A stretch of 50,980 nt of DNA from Akkermansiaceae bacterium (lineage in GTDB: Bacteria > Verrucomicrobiota > Verrucomicrobiia > Verrucomicrobiales > Akkermansiaceae), in the NCBI GenBank assembly GCA_903875675.1, contig CAIQXC010000287.1, positions 1-50,980 on the forward strand. Reading direction: 5' to 3'. The notes under the pieces were generated by a model that was not told the origin of the DNA, made no database searches, and worked only from the letters and a program-made list of their open reading frames with translations. The position numbers and the translations under genes are program-made. Positions 8,482 to 17,641 of the stretch are shown piece after piece (position 1 is the stretch's first letter; each line of letters starts with the position of its first letter).

Positions 8482-10013
8482 ATCCTGTTGTAGTAGTCGG
8501 CATCTATCTGGTGATTATTGCTGTTATCGGCAGCGTTGCCTACACCCGTGGCAAGTCAAATACCGAAGACTTCTTTCTCGCGAGCCGCAGTATTGGTGGA
8601 CTGGTGTTTTTTCTATCCATCTTCGCCACCAACATGACTGCCTTTGCCATCCTTGGCAGTTCCGGCCAGGCGTATAGGCAGGGGATTGGCATCTATGGTT
8701 TGATGGCCTCCTCGTCAGGCCTGGTCATCCCTCTGACGATCTTCTTCATCGGCACCCGGCTGTGGGCACTCGGCAAAAAATTCGGTCACCAAACGCAAGT
8801 GGCGTTTTTCCGGGATCGCTGGGAATGCGACTCTATCGGAACTGTCATCTTTGTGCTCAGTGTGGCGATGCTCGTGCCCTACATGATCATCAGTATCATG
8901 GGCGGTGGCCGGGTGCTCTGCGATATCAGCGGCGGCAAGGTGGATTATTGGCTGGGCTGTCTGGTCGTCGTCTTGGTGGTGACCATGAATGTGTTCTTCG
9001 GCGGCATGCGGGGCACGGTGTGGGTGAATATCTTCCAAACCATCCTGTTTTTACTTTTCGGCACGGTCGCGGTGGTGGTCATCAGTCACGCGTTGCCAGG
9101 TGGCTTCGGTGAATACATACACAAGATTGCCGGCAATCCGAAGACATCTTTTCTGCTAACCCGGGAGCGGATGTCGCCGCAGTTTTTCTGGAGTTACACG
9201 CTTATTCCGCTGTCGTCGATCATGTTTCCGCACATGGCCATGATGTGTTTTGCGGCGAAAAAGGTCACCGTATTCAAGCGCACGGTCATTCTCTATCCAC
9301 TTGCCATCATGGCCATCTGGCTGCCTTGCGTCCTGCTAGGTGTGATTGGCACGCAGGCCGCACCTGGCCTGAAGAATCCTGACGGGGTTCTGCTGCATTT
9401 GCTAACCGGCCATGCGCCTATCTGGCTGGCGGGAATTCTTGGTGCGGGCATCATCTCCGCCGTCATGGGCTCAGACACCCATCAGGTGCTTGCCGTGAGC
9501 ACCATGTTCACCAAGGACGTTTTTGCTCATTATGGCGGTGAGAAGCGCTTTGGTGAACGCGGCACGGTTTCATTCGCACGCATCTTCATTGTGTTTGTGA
9601 CGCTGGTGGCCTACGTCGTCGCGCTTAACACCCCAGAAAGTATCTTTGAACTCGCCGTGCGCTTTGCTTTCAGCGGCTTTGCCGCAATGGCCCCGGTGAT
9701 GATTGCCGCGCTGTTTTGGAAGCGCAGCACCAAGTACGGGGCGCTCGCCTCCACGCTATGGGTGGCGGCCTGTCTAGCCGGTATTTGGTACTTGCAACAT
9801 ATATCCGACACCATGCTGCCGAAGCCGGGACAGGCACCGACGGTTATCTTTCCGGCGATCGGGCATTTGTTTGAGCGCACGATCGCCAACGTCACCTGCT
9901 TCGGCTTCCTGCCAGTGGTTCCGATGGTACTCGGCTCGGCGGTCCTGATGATTATCGTATCGCGGTTCACCCCGCAGCCGAGCCTAGCCACTATCAAGAA
10001 ATATTTCCCATGA
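8478..10013 (+). CDS. Sodium:solute symporter (SSS family)
   Basis: EDFFLASRSIG, FATNMTAFAILG, GGMRGTVWVNIFQ and GIISAVMGS motifs, many TM helices. GTG start overlaps the DUF3311 stop (GTGA). Confidence 0.92.
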   Translation: MNPVVVVGIYLVIIAVIGSVAYTRGKSNTEDFFLASRSIGGLVFFLSIFATNMTAFAILGSSGQAYRQGIGIYGLMASSSGLVIPLTIFFIGTRLWALGKKFGHQTQVAFFRDRWECDSIGTVIFVLSVAMLVPYMIISIMGGGRVLCDISGGKVDYWLGCLVVVLVVTMNVFFGGMRGTVWVNIFQTILFLLFGTVAVVVISHALPGGFGEYIHKIAGNPKTSFLLTRERMSPQFFWSYTLIPLSSIMFPHMAMMCFAAKKVTVFKRTVILYPLAIMAIWLPCVLLGVIGTQAAPGLKNPDGVLLHLLTGHAPIWLAGILGAGIISAVMGSDTHQVLAVSTMFTKDVFAHYGGEKRFGERGTVSFARIFIVFVTLVAYVVALNTPESIFELAVRFAFSGFAAMAPVMIAALFWKRSTKYGALASTLWVAACLAGIWYLQHISDTMLPKPGQAPTVIFPAIGHLFERTIANVTCFGFLPVVPMVLGSAVLMIIVSRFTPQPSLATIKKYFP

Positions 10014-11047
10014 TCCTTGACGAATATTTCCGTGGCATCATTGACTGGCATTTCAGTCCCGAGTCCGGTTGCCCGTTCTGGCTCGACTGGGCCAGCCGCA
10101 ACTTTGATCCGCGTGAGGAAGTGAAGACGTTTGCAGACTTGTCGAAGTTTCCGCATTTCCAAGATGAATGGCTGCGCGATCTGCAACCTGAAGTGTGGGT
10201 TCCAGCGGCATTCAGAGGCCAACCATTCAACATCTTTGAAACAGGCGGCACCACCGGTATGCCCAAGCAGCGCATCGGTTGGCATGATTACAAATTCGAC
10301 TACGAAGAGTTCAGCGGAAAGCTCGACGAGGACCATTTCCCGCGCGGCGAGGCATGGCTGATGGTCGGCCCTACCGGCCCGCGCCGCTTGCGCCTGGCCA
10401 TCGAGCACCTGGCAAACTTCCGTGGTAGTTCCTGTTACTTCATCGACCTCGACCCGCGCTGGGTGAAAAAACTCATCGCCGCCAAACAATTCGATCAGGC
10501 CCGGGCTTACATGGACCACGTCGTCGATCAAGCGGTTACGATTCTCAAGCACCGGAAAGTGGCCGGACTGTTTACCACGCCCAAACTCCTGGAAGCCTTG
10601 GCCGAAAAGGTCAATCTCTACCAAGCCGGCGTCCGGGGCGTCTTCTGTGGCGGGACCACCATGGCTCCACAGGCGGTGCGCTTCATCATCGAGGAAGTCC
10701 TCGAAGGCAATATCGGCTTCTATCCAACCTATGGCAATACACTGATGGGCCTGGCCGCCAGCGCCCCACTCCGCCCCGAGGATCATTACTCGATCACCTA
10801 CTTCGCACCGCAGCCACGCGCCGTGCTGCGCGTGGTCGATCCACTGCAAACCACCGAGACGGTGGGCTACGGTGAGTGGGGCCGGGTCGAGCTAACGACC
10901 TTGACCAAGGAGTTTTTCATGCCGCGGTTTTTGGAGCGCGACGAAGCCATCCGGCGCGAGCCACGTGCGCCGTACACTTGGGATGGCGTCGCAGAGGTTC
11001 GCCCTCTCGGCTCGATGGAAAAACTCATTGTTGAAGGAGTTTACTAA
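10010..11047 (+). CDS. Short adenylate-forming enzyme, EhpF / LuxE (acyl-protein synthetase)-like
   Basis: WHFSPESGCPFW N-terminus typical of EhpF-like proteins, P-loop ETGGTTGMPK, PTYGNT and FLERD. At 345 aa it appears to lack the ANL C-terminal subdomain. Confidence 0.7.
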   Translation: MILDEYFRGIIDWHFSPESGCPFWLDWASRNFDPREEVKTFADLSKFPHFQDEWLRDLQPEVWVPAAFRGQPFNIFETGGTTGMPKQRIGWHDYKFDYEEFSGKLDEDHFPRGEAWLMVGPTGPRRLRLAIEHLANFRGSSCYFIDLDPRWVKKLIAAKQFDQARAYMDHVVDQAVTILKHRKVAGLFTTPKLLEALAEKVNLYQAGVRGVFCGGTTMAPQAVRFIIEEVLEGNIGFYPTYGNTLMGLAASAPLRPEDHYSITYFAPQPRAVLRVVDPLQTTETVGYGEWGRVELTTLTKEFFMPRFLERDEAIRREPRAPYTWDGVAEVRPLGSMEKLIVEGVY

Positions 11048-12399
11048 TGGCCCAGCATATTTCAGCGCTGCGACTGGGCAGGCCTTATGAAAGTCTCGAT
11101 CGAATCGAGTTGAAGGACGGCCTTGGCACCGTTAGCCAGGTGAATGCAGGGATGATCCGCAAAGATCTTAAGCAAATCGGCGCAGCACACGCCGCCCTTA
11201 AAAAGTTTACCGTCGCCCAGCGCGTCGATATGTGTGCTCTCGCCGGTGATATATTCCTAAATGCTAACGACCCGAAAACCTATGTGGAGACGCTCTCGGC
11301 CACCAGTGGTTTGCCCCACTCGTTGGTGAGGCGCAACATGCATCGGATCCATGCGGTGCTTGCAAACATGGATGAAGTGCTGCGCGGCCTGACGCGTGGC
11401 CTGGACCTCGACGATGACACGAGCCCGTACAGTTTTTTTCCGGTGACCCACAGCTTGGGGTTGGTGATGCCTAGCAATTCGCCTGCTGTCAATTCGTTGT
11501 GGTTGCCGGCCATCGCACTGGGCATTCCGGTGGTTATCAAACCCGGCCGTGACGAACCATGGACCCCTTACCGGCTGATTCAATCGTTCATCGCTGCCGG
11601 GATGCCGTCGGCTGCATTCGGGTTCTATCCGACGGATCATGAGGGCGCGGATGCTATTTTAAGGTTGTGCGGCAGGTCCTTGGTTTTTGGCGATCAAAGC
11701 ATCAGTGACAAATATGCAGGCAACCCATCGATCCAAGTCCACGGGCCGGGTCACAGCAAAGTCCTCATCGGCGCGGATCTCATCGGGCGCTGGCCCGAAT
11801 TTATCGATGTGATCGTAGAGTCAATTGCCGCCAATGGCGGCCGCAGCTGCCTTTGCGCCTCCACCATCGTCGTCCCATCCCATGCTGACGAAATCGCCGA
11901 TGCTCTGGCACGACGACTCGCGCCTATCGCCCCCTTGCCTGCTGCCGATCCCGCCGCCAGCCTGTCGGCTTTTGCCAACCCGCAGATGGCCGATGCGATC
12001 GATGCAACCCTTGAGCAGAGCCTCACAGGTGCGGTGGACGTCACTGCCGCCTATCGGCACGGCCCACGCAAGGGGCTCTTCGATGGCGCAACCTATCTGC
12101 GTCCGACCATCGTCCGTTGTCCCTCGTTCGAACATCCATTGGCAAACCGCGAGTTCTTGTTCCCGTATGCCAGCGTCATCGAAATGCCGCAGGAGAAGAT
12201 GCTCGAACAAATCGGACCATCGCTCGTCGTTACCGCCATCACCAGCGACGAGGGTTGGATCCGGGAACTCATGGAATTCACCCCCATCGATCGGCTGAAT
12301 ATCGGCCCGATTCCTACTCTAACGATATCATGGGATCAGCCGCATGAGGGCAACTTGTTTGAGTTTCTGTACAAGCGCCGGGCCTTTCAACGCGTATGA
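11047..12399 (+). CDS. Aldehyde dehydrogenase-fold protein, EhpG / LuxC-like acyl reductase
   Basis: MPSNSP (PWNFP-equivalent), IKPG, catalytic Cys in NGGRSCLCAS and REFLFP. HGPGHSK occupies the position of the LELGGK motif. Confidence 0.8.
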   Translation: MAQHISALRLGRPYESLDRIELKDGLGTVSQVNAGMIRKDLKQIGAAHAALKKFTVAQRVDMCALAGDIFLNANDPKTYVETLSATSGLPHSLVRRNMHRIHAVLANMDEVLRGLTRGLDLDDDTSPYSFFPVTHSLGLVMPSNSPAVNSLWLPAIALGIPVVIKPGRDEPWTPYRLIQSFIAAGMPSAAFGFYPTDHEGADAILRLCGRSLVFGDQSISDKYAGNPSIQVHGPGHSKVLIGADLIGRWPEFIDVIVESIAANGGRSCLCASTIVVPSHADEIADALARRLAPIAPLPAADPAASLSAFANPQMADAIDATLEQSLTGAVDVTAAYRHGPRKGLFDGATYLRPTIVRCPSFEHPLANREFLFPYASVIEMPQEKMLEQIGPSLVVTAITSDEGWIRELMEFTPIDRLNIGPIPTLTISWDQPHEGNLFEFLYKRRAFQRV

Positions 12400-13481
12400 A
12401 CTTCGACTGGCAAGCTAACACCCGAATCGTCTTCGGTGCCAACAGCGTCGATCGAGTCGGTGAACTTGTACGCGAACTCGGTGGCACCAAGGTGTTGCTG
12501 GTCACGGATCCCGGCATCGTAGAGGCTGGCCACGCCGCTCGCGTGTTAGATCTCTTGCCAAACGCCATTATGTACGAGCAGGTTCGTGCCAACCCAACCA
12601 CCCGTGATGTCGATGAGTGTGCCGCGTTTGCCCGCTCCACAGGCTTGGATCTGTTGGTGGCCATCGGTGGCGGCAGCAGCCTGGATACTGCCAAGGGCGC
12701 AAATTTTCTTCTAACCAACGGCGGTCGGATGCAGGATTACTGGGGCGTCGGCAAGGCAACAAAAGCGATGCTGCCCTTGATTGCCATACCAACCACTGCC
12801 GGGACCGGCAGCGAATGCCAGTCGTTTGCCCTGATCGCCGATGAACAGACGCACCAGAAAATGGCCTGTGGCGACTCGAAGGCAGCGGCCCGGGTGGCGA
12901 TTCTCGATCCGACGCTGACGCTGACGCAACCGCGGCATGTCACTGCCTGCACTGGCTTGGATGCGTTGGCCCATGCGGTGGAGACATGGGCCACGACCCG
13001 GCGCAGCGAATTGTCAGCGATGTTCAGTCGAGAGGCATACCGGCTTATCACATCCAATCTAACGCAGGTGCTGGATCAGCCGCTGGATCTATCGGCCCGC
13101 TCGGCAATGCAACTCGGCGCGGCCCTTGCGGGCGTGGCCATCGAGAACAGCATGCTTGGAGCGGCTCACAGCGCGGCCAATCCGCTCACCGCCCATTTCG
13201 GCATCGTCCACGGCCACGCAGTCGGCATGATGTTGCCGCATGTGGTTCGATATAACTCCTCTGCCGGGGATTTTTACGCCGATCTTGATCCGGACCTCGT
13301 CACTCGCCTGACTCAGCTCTTGGCCTCCACCCAACTCCCTACGCGCTTGTCCGATTGCGGCGTGCCCGAATCATCAATCCCGATGCTGGCCGAGGAGGCA
13401 GCGCGGCAGTGGACTGCCCAGTTCAACCCGCGACCGGTGAGAGTAGCGGACTTTGTGAAACTATACGAATATTGTCTATGA
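12396..13481 (+). CDS. Iron-containing alcohol dehydrogenase
   Basis: GGGSSLDTAKG, IPTTAGTGSE, GLDALAHAVE, GAAHSAANP and HGHAVG metal/NAD motifs. Confidence 0.95.
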   Translation: MNFDWQANTRIVFGANSVDRVGELVRELGGTKVLLVTDPGIVEAGHAARVLDLLPNAIMYEQVRANPTTRDVDECAAFARSTGLDLLVAIGGGSSLDTAKGANFLLTNGGRMQDYWGVGKATKAMLPLIAIPTTAGTGSECQSFALIADEQTHQKMACGDSKAAARVAILDPTLTLTQPRHVTACTGLDALAHAVETWATTRRSELSAMFSREAYRLITSNLTQVLDQPLDLSARSAMQLGAALAGVAIENSMLGAAHSAANPLTAHFGIVHGHAVGMMLPHVVRYNSSAGDFYADLDPDLVTRLTQLLASTQLPTRLSDCGVPESSIPMLAEEAARQWTAQFNPRPVRVADFVKLYEYCL

Positions 13482-14800
13482 ACGACCTAACGACAGCCCA
13501 GCCTAAACAAACCCGACCAGGCAACTACTTCGTCGCCAACTATCCGCCGTTCTCGTTCTGGAATCACGAGCAACTCAGCGAGGTGCAGGCGGCGCTGGAT
13601 CGTCCACCGGTCGCAGGAAATTCGTTAGGAATGTATGTGCACATTCCGTTTTGCCGCAAGCGCTGCCACTTTTGCTACTTCAAAGTGTACACCGATCAAA
13701 ATGCGGCGCGTGTGCAACAGTATATCGATGCGGCGGTAGCAGAGTTGGAGAGCTACGTCCTCAAGCCGTTCATTGGCGGCCGATTGCCCGAGTTTATCTA
13801 TTTTGGCGGCGGCACGCCGTCGTATTTGTCGGTCAAACAGCTGGAGAATCTCACCTCACGACTCAAGGCACTGTTGCCTTGGGATGCTGTCAAGGAGGTC
13901 GCTTTTGAATGTGAGCCAGGCACCCTTAGCGAGGCCAAACTCGAAGCGATTCGCGACATGGGAGTGACCCGCTTGAGCCTCGGCGTGGAGAATTTTGACG
14001 ATCACATCCTTGAGATCAACGGCCGGGCCCATCATTCCCAGGAAATTGCACGGGCCTACGGCTGGGCTCGTTCGTTAGGTTTTGACCAGATCAACATTGA
14101 CCTCATTGCCGGCATGGTTGAGGAGACTGATGCGAATTGGGTGAAGTGCGTTGAGCGGACCATCGAAATGTCGCCGGAGAGTGTGACTATCTATCAGATG
14201 GAGATTCCATACAACACGACCATTTACAAAGAGATGAAGGCCGACGGCAAGCTGGTGGCGCCGGTTGCTGACTGGGAGACGAAGCGCGGATGGGTGGCTT
14301 ATGCCTTTGCCGAGTTGGAGAAAGCCGGTTATACCATCGCGAGTGCCTACACGGCGGTGAAAAACCCGGCGCACACCAAGTTTCTCTACCGTGACAGGTT
14401 GTGGGAAGGCGCGGACTTGCTGCCGATCGGAGTGGCGTCATTTGGTCACATCAATGGCGTGCATTTTCAGAATGAACACGACATAGTACCGTACCTTGAC
14501 CAGGTGTCGCGCGGCGAGTTGCCGCTGTGGCGCGCGCTGGCCCCCAACGCCGAGGAGCGTCTGATCCGTGAGATGATCCTCCAAATGAAGCTCGGACGTC
14601 TGAGCCGGAAATACTTCCAAGAGAAGTTTGGGGTGGATATTGCCGAACGTTTTGCCGCTCCGCTGGGGCAATTGGCTGCCGAGGGATTTCTAGTCATCGA
14701 CGGCGACACGATTGGTTATTCCCGCCAGGGCTTGCTACAAGTTGATACCTTGCTCCACGACTTTTTCCTACCAGAACATCGCGATGCTCGCTACGCCTGA
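13478..14800 (+). CDS. HemN-like radical SAM enzyme (probably not a true coproporphyrinogen dehydrogenase)
   Basis: YVHIPFCRKRCHFCYF (CxxxCxxC), FGGGTPS, RLSLGVENF and NIDLIAG. ATG 13478 overlaps the ADH stop. Confidence 0.85.
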   Translation: MNDLTTAQPKQTRPGNYFVANYPPFSFWNHEQLSEVQAALDRPPVAGNSLGMYVHIPFCRKRCHFCYFKVYTDQNAARVQQYIDAAVAELESYVLKPFIGGRLPEFIYFGGGTPSYLSVKQLENLTSRLKALLPWDAVKEVAFECEPGTLSEAKLEAIRDMGVTRLSLGVENFDDHILEINGRAHHSQEIARAYGWARSLGFDQINIDLIAGMVEETDANWVKCVERTIEMSPESVTIYQMEIPYNTTIYKEMKADGKLVAPVADWETKRGWVAYAFAELEKAGYTIASAYTAVKNPAHTKFLYRDRLWEGADLLPIGVASFGHINGVHFQNEHDIVPYLDQVSRGELPLWRALAPNAEERLIREMILQMKLGRLSRKYFQEKFGVDIAERFAAPLGQLAAEGFLVIDGDTIGYSRQGLLQVDTLLHDFFLPEHRDARYA

Positions 14801-15386
14801 TATATCATCCCTTTGTTGCGGTGACTTCTGCCGAAAGCCCGCTGGCGGTTCCAGCGGGACAAAATGCGGATTGTGTCCGCTAGCCCGCTCTTACAGTGCG
14901 GTGGCGCAAGATATGCCTGCTGTTTGGGAGGTCGCTGCCTCTGATATTCCGCAGCCACAGCGGGACTTGTTAGCTCACAACGGCGACATGACCACAAAGC
15001 TGGAAGTCTTTCATGGTGATCACTCTCATTTGCTGCTATTGCGCAGCACGACGGACGGTGATATCTATCAACGTGAGGTCGTTCTGGTTTTAAATTCCTC
15101 TGGACAGCATGTTGAATTTGGCGCCATCACGATTCATCTCGATCGTTTGCCGCCGCTGCTGAGACGGGATATCATTCAAGCCGAGTTGCCCTTTGGCACC
15201 CTGCTTCACCTGCATCGCTTCGCATTCCGCAGCCGGCCGAAGTCCTTCATCTGCGTCGAGCCCGACGCGGTCATTAGCCGCGCGCTGGCACTTGAGCAGC
15301 CCGGCCAATTGTACGGCCGCTGCAATGCGCTGCTCACCCCCTCAGGCGAGGTGCTCGCCGATATTGTCGAAATTCTACCCCTATGA
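14784..15386 (+). CDS. Chorismate lyase (UbiC/UTRA)-fold protein
   Basis: LLAHNGDMTTKLE, YQREVVL, ELPFGTLL, YGRCNAL and IVEILP correspond in order to UbiC SMTKRFE, REILL, PLGRYL, GRRS and TELFLP. Confidence 0.65.
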   Translation: MLATPDISSLCCGDFCRKPAGGSSGTKCGLCPLARSYSAVAQDMPAVWEVAASDIPQPQRDLLAHNGDMTTKLEVFHGDHSHLLLLRSTTDGDIYQREVVLVLNSSGQHVEFGAITIHLDRLPPLLRRDIIQAELPFGTLLHLHRFAFRSRPKSFICVEPDAVISRALALEQPGQLYGRCNALLTPSGEVLADIVEILPL

Positions 15387-16645
15387 AAAAGAACTATGAT
15401 GTCATCGTAATCGGCGGAGGCCCTGCGGGGTCGACCGCTGCCGCTGTGCTGGCAATGAAAGGCCGGAGTGTTTTGCTGTTGGAGAAAGAGAAGTTTCCTC
15501 GCTATCACATTGGTGAGTCGCTTATTCCCTACACGTATTTCACGCTTGAGCGGCTTGGGATGCTGGACAAGCTCCAAAAAAGCCACTTTGTTAGGAAATA
15601 CAGTGTGCAATTTGTGCGGCAGGCTGGAGACGTATCATCGCCATTTTATTTCACGCAGAATTGGGATCATCCGTCGTCGAGCACATGGCAGGTGGTGCGC
15701 AGTGAGTTTGACGAGATGTTGTTGAACAACGCCCGTGAAAAAGGCGTCGAGGCTTTGGAAGAAATGACGGTGAAGGAACCAATTCGCGAGAACGGCAGTG
15801 TCGTCGGCGTCCGCGGGATCGATCAGCAAGGCCGAGAGTTTGAGGTGCACGCGCCAGTGACCATTGACGCCAGCGGGCGTGACGGCTTCACCCAGGTGAA
15901 GAACGGCTGGCGGATTCGCGATCCAAAGCTCAACAAGATTGCGGTGTGGACCTACTATCAGGGAGCACTGCGCGATCCCGGGATTGATGAAGGAGCCACC
16001 ACCGTTGCCTATCTGCCGGGCAAGGGTTGGTTCTGGTATATCCCATGGCCTAACGACATGGTGAGTGTTGGAGCCGTGGCTGAGAGTTCCTATCTGTATC
16101 GGGATCATGTTCGTGATCCCGAGCAAGTGTTCCAGCGCGAGGTGGAAAATAACCTCTGGATCAAGCAACACCTCGCCCCAGGCAAGGTGGCGGCCCCGTA
16201 TCGGGCGACCAGTGAGTATTCGTTTCGCTCGAAACATTGCGCCATGAACGGTCTGGTGCTGGTCGGCGACGCGTTCGCTTTTCTTGACCCGGTGTTTTCA
16301 TCGGGGGTGATGTTGGCCTTGCGCAGTGGCGAGTTGGCTGGCGATGCCGTTGACGCCGCGCTGAGTGCCGGGGACTATTCCGCAGCGATGTTTGCCGACT
16401 ACGGCAACACACTCTGCTACGGCATCGAGAGCATGCGCAAGCTCGTCTATGCGTTTTATGATCCGAACTTCCGCTTCAAGGAACTCTTCAACGCCTATCC
16501 GCACCTCCACAGCCGGCTGACCGACTGTCTAACCGGTGATCTGTTCACTGACTTTGACGAACTCTTCAGCCGCGTCGCGGAATTCGCCGATGTTCCCGCA
16601 CCGGTCACTCACGGCCAACCTCTGATGGAAACCGATGGCATTTGA
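15383..16645 (+). CDS. Flavin-dependent halogenase (PltA/CndH-like, acting on thioester-tethered substrates)
   Basis: GGGPAG, FPRYHIGES, candidate catalytic Lys72 in FVRKYS, VRSEFDEML, WFWYIP (WxWxIP) and GDAFAFLDPVFSSGV. Confidence 0.75.
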   Translation: MKKNYDVIVIGGGPAGSTAAAVLAMKGRSVLLLEKEKFPRYHIGESLIPYTYFTLERLGMLDKLQKSHFVRKYSVQFVRQAGDVSSPFYFTQNWDHPSSSTWQVVRSEFDEMLLNNAREKGVEALEEMTVKEPIRENGSVVGVRGIDQQGREFEVHAPVTIDASGRDGFTQVKNGWRIRDPKLNKIAVWTYYQGALRDPGIDEGATTVAYLPGKGWFWYIPWPNDMVSVGAVAESSYLYRDHVRDPEQVFQREVENNLWIKQHLAPGKVAAPYRATSEYSFRSKHCAMNGLVLVGDAFAFLDPVFSSGVMLALRSGELAGDAVDAALSAGDYSAAMFADYGNTLCYGIESMRKLVYAFYDPNFRFKELFNAYPHLHSRLTDCLTGDLFTDFDELFSRVAEFADVPAPVTHGQPLMETDGI

Positions 16646-17096
16646 ATATATACTAACGCGATCGGTTGAGTTTTCCGATACCGATATGGCCGGGATCATG
16701 CATTTCTCTAACTTCTTCCGCTTCATGGAAGCTACCGAGCACGCATTTTACCGCTCCCTAGGCATCGAGGTGCATCCCGCGTCGGGTGTTGGCAAGGTCG
16801 GCTGGCCGCGGGTACATGCCAGTTGCGATTACAAACATCCGTTGCGCTTTGAGGAGAGCGTTGATATCCAACTTCTGGTGCGGGAGATCCGCAGCAAGTC
16901 GCTGTCTTACACATTTATCTTCCGTACCCAGCATGACGGGCGCTCCATTGAAGTGGCCCGCGGCAGTCTTGTCGCAGTGGCCATCGGCATGGACCCGCTC
17001 AATCAGACGATGAAAGCTGTTGCCATTCCCCAACAGATCCGCGCCAAGCTGGAAGTGGCACCGCCCGAATATTTCCAACCCCAAACCACCGCATGA
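16635..17096 (+). CDS. Acyl-CoA thioesterase, 4-hydroxybenzoyl-CoA thioesterase/YbgC hotdog family
   Basis: VEFSDTDMAGIMHFSNFFRFME and CDYKHPLRFEE motifs. Confidence 0.9.
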   Translation: MAFEYILTRSVEFSDTDMAGIMHFSNFFRFMEATEHAFYRSLGIEVHPASGVGKVGWPRVHASCDYKHPLRFEESVDIQLLVREIRSKSLSYTFIFRTQHDGRSIEVARGSLVAVAIGMDPLNQTMKAVAIPQQIRAKLEVAPPEYFQPQTTA

Positions 17097-17641
17097 TGAT
17101 AGCTACTGATACGAACCAACCAGGCATGACCTGGCTCGCATTCGCCCTGATGACAGTCGTAAGCTGGGGGCTCTATGGAATTTTCCTGCACTCCGGGCAA
17201 GCGGGCATGGGAGATCCTGTGCATGGCCGCTACAAGGCGTTCTTGTTTGTCGGGCTGGCCTATTTTCTAACAGCCGTACTCGCACCGCTGGCAATTCTGG
17301 TAGTCAATGGTGCCGGTTGGAGGTTTCCGCTAGCTGGTATGGGTTGGTCGCTTTTGGCGGGCATTGTGGGGGCCGTTGGCGCGTTCTGCGTGCTGCTTGC
17401 ATTTGCTGCCAAAGGCCAGCCAAGTGTGGTCATGACCCTGGTGTTCGGCGGCGCTCCTGTCGTCAATGCCCTTGTCGCCGTGCTGATGCACCCGCCAGAA
17501 GGCGGCTTGGGGGCTATTCCCAAACCTTTCTACCTTGGCCTGCTGCTTGCCGTTGCAGGCGGGGGATTGGTCACTTTCTACAAGCCGGCTCCGCCCAAAC
17601 CCCAGCCTGCAGCCATCGTAAACCAAGGGCCGCCACCATGA
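17093..17641 (+). CDS. Small integral membrane protein (about 5 TM, DMT/EamA half-transporter-like)
   Basis: Five hydrophobic segments, SWGLYG motif, and ATGA overlaps on both sides. Confidence 0.65.
   Translation: MMIATDTNQPGMTWLAFALMTVVSWGLYGIFLHSGQAGMGDPVHGRYKAFLFVGLAYFLTAVLAPLAILVVNGAGWRFPLAGMGWSLLAGIVGAVGAFCVLLAFAAKGQPSVVMTLVFGGAPVVNALVAVLMHPPEGGLGAIPKPFYLGLLLAVAGGGLVTFYKPAPPKPQPAAIVNQGPPP

Noticed and set aside
10010-12399. Phenazine or bioluminescence (lux) cluster
   Set aside because: No phzA-G or luxAB/luxD genes are in the window. Only the acid-reducing module is similar.
13478-14800. Calling this gene hemN or hemW
   Set aside because: The family-specific motifs are missing and there is no tetrapyrrole gene context.
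17317-17637. Upstream extension of the PaaK-like ORF (likewise 13355-13477, 21109-21555 and 23692-24177 for their ORFs)
   Set aside because: These are shadow frames over real neighbouring genes. The true starts are marked by ATGA overlaps or signal peptides.
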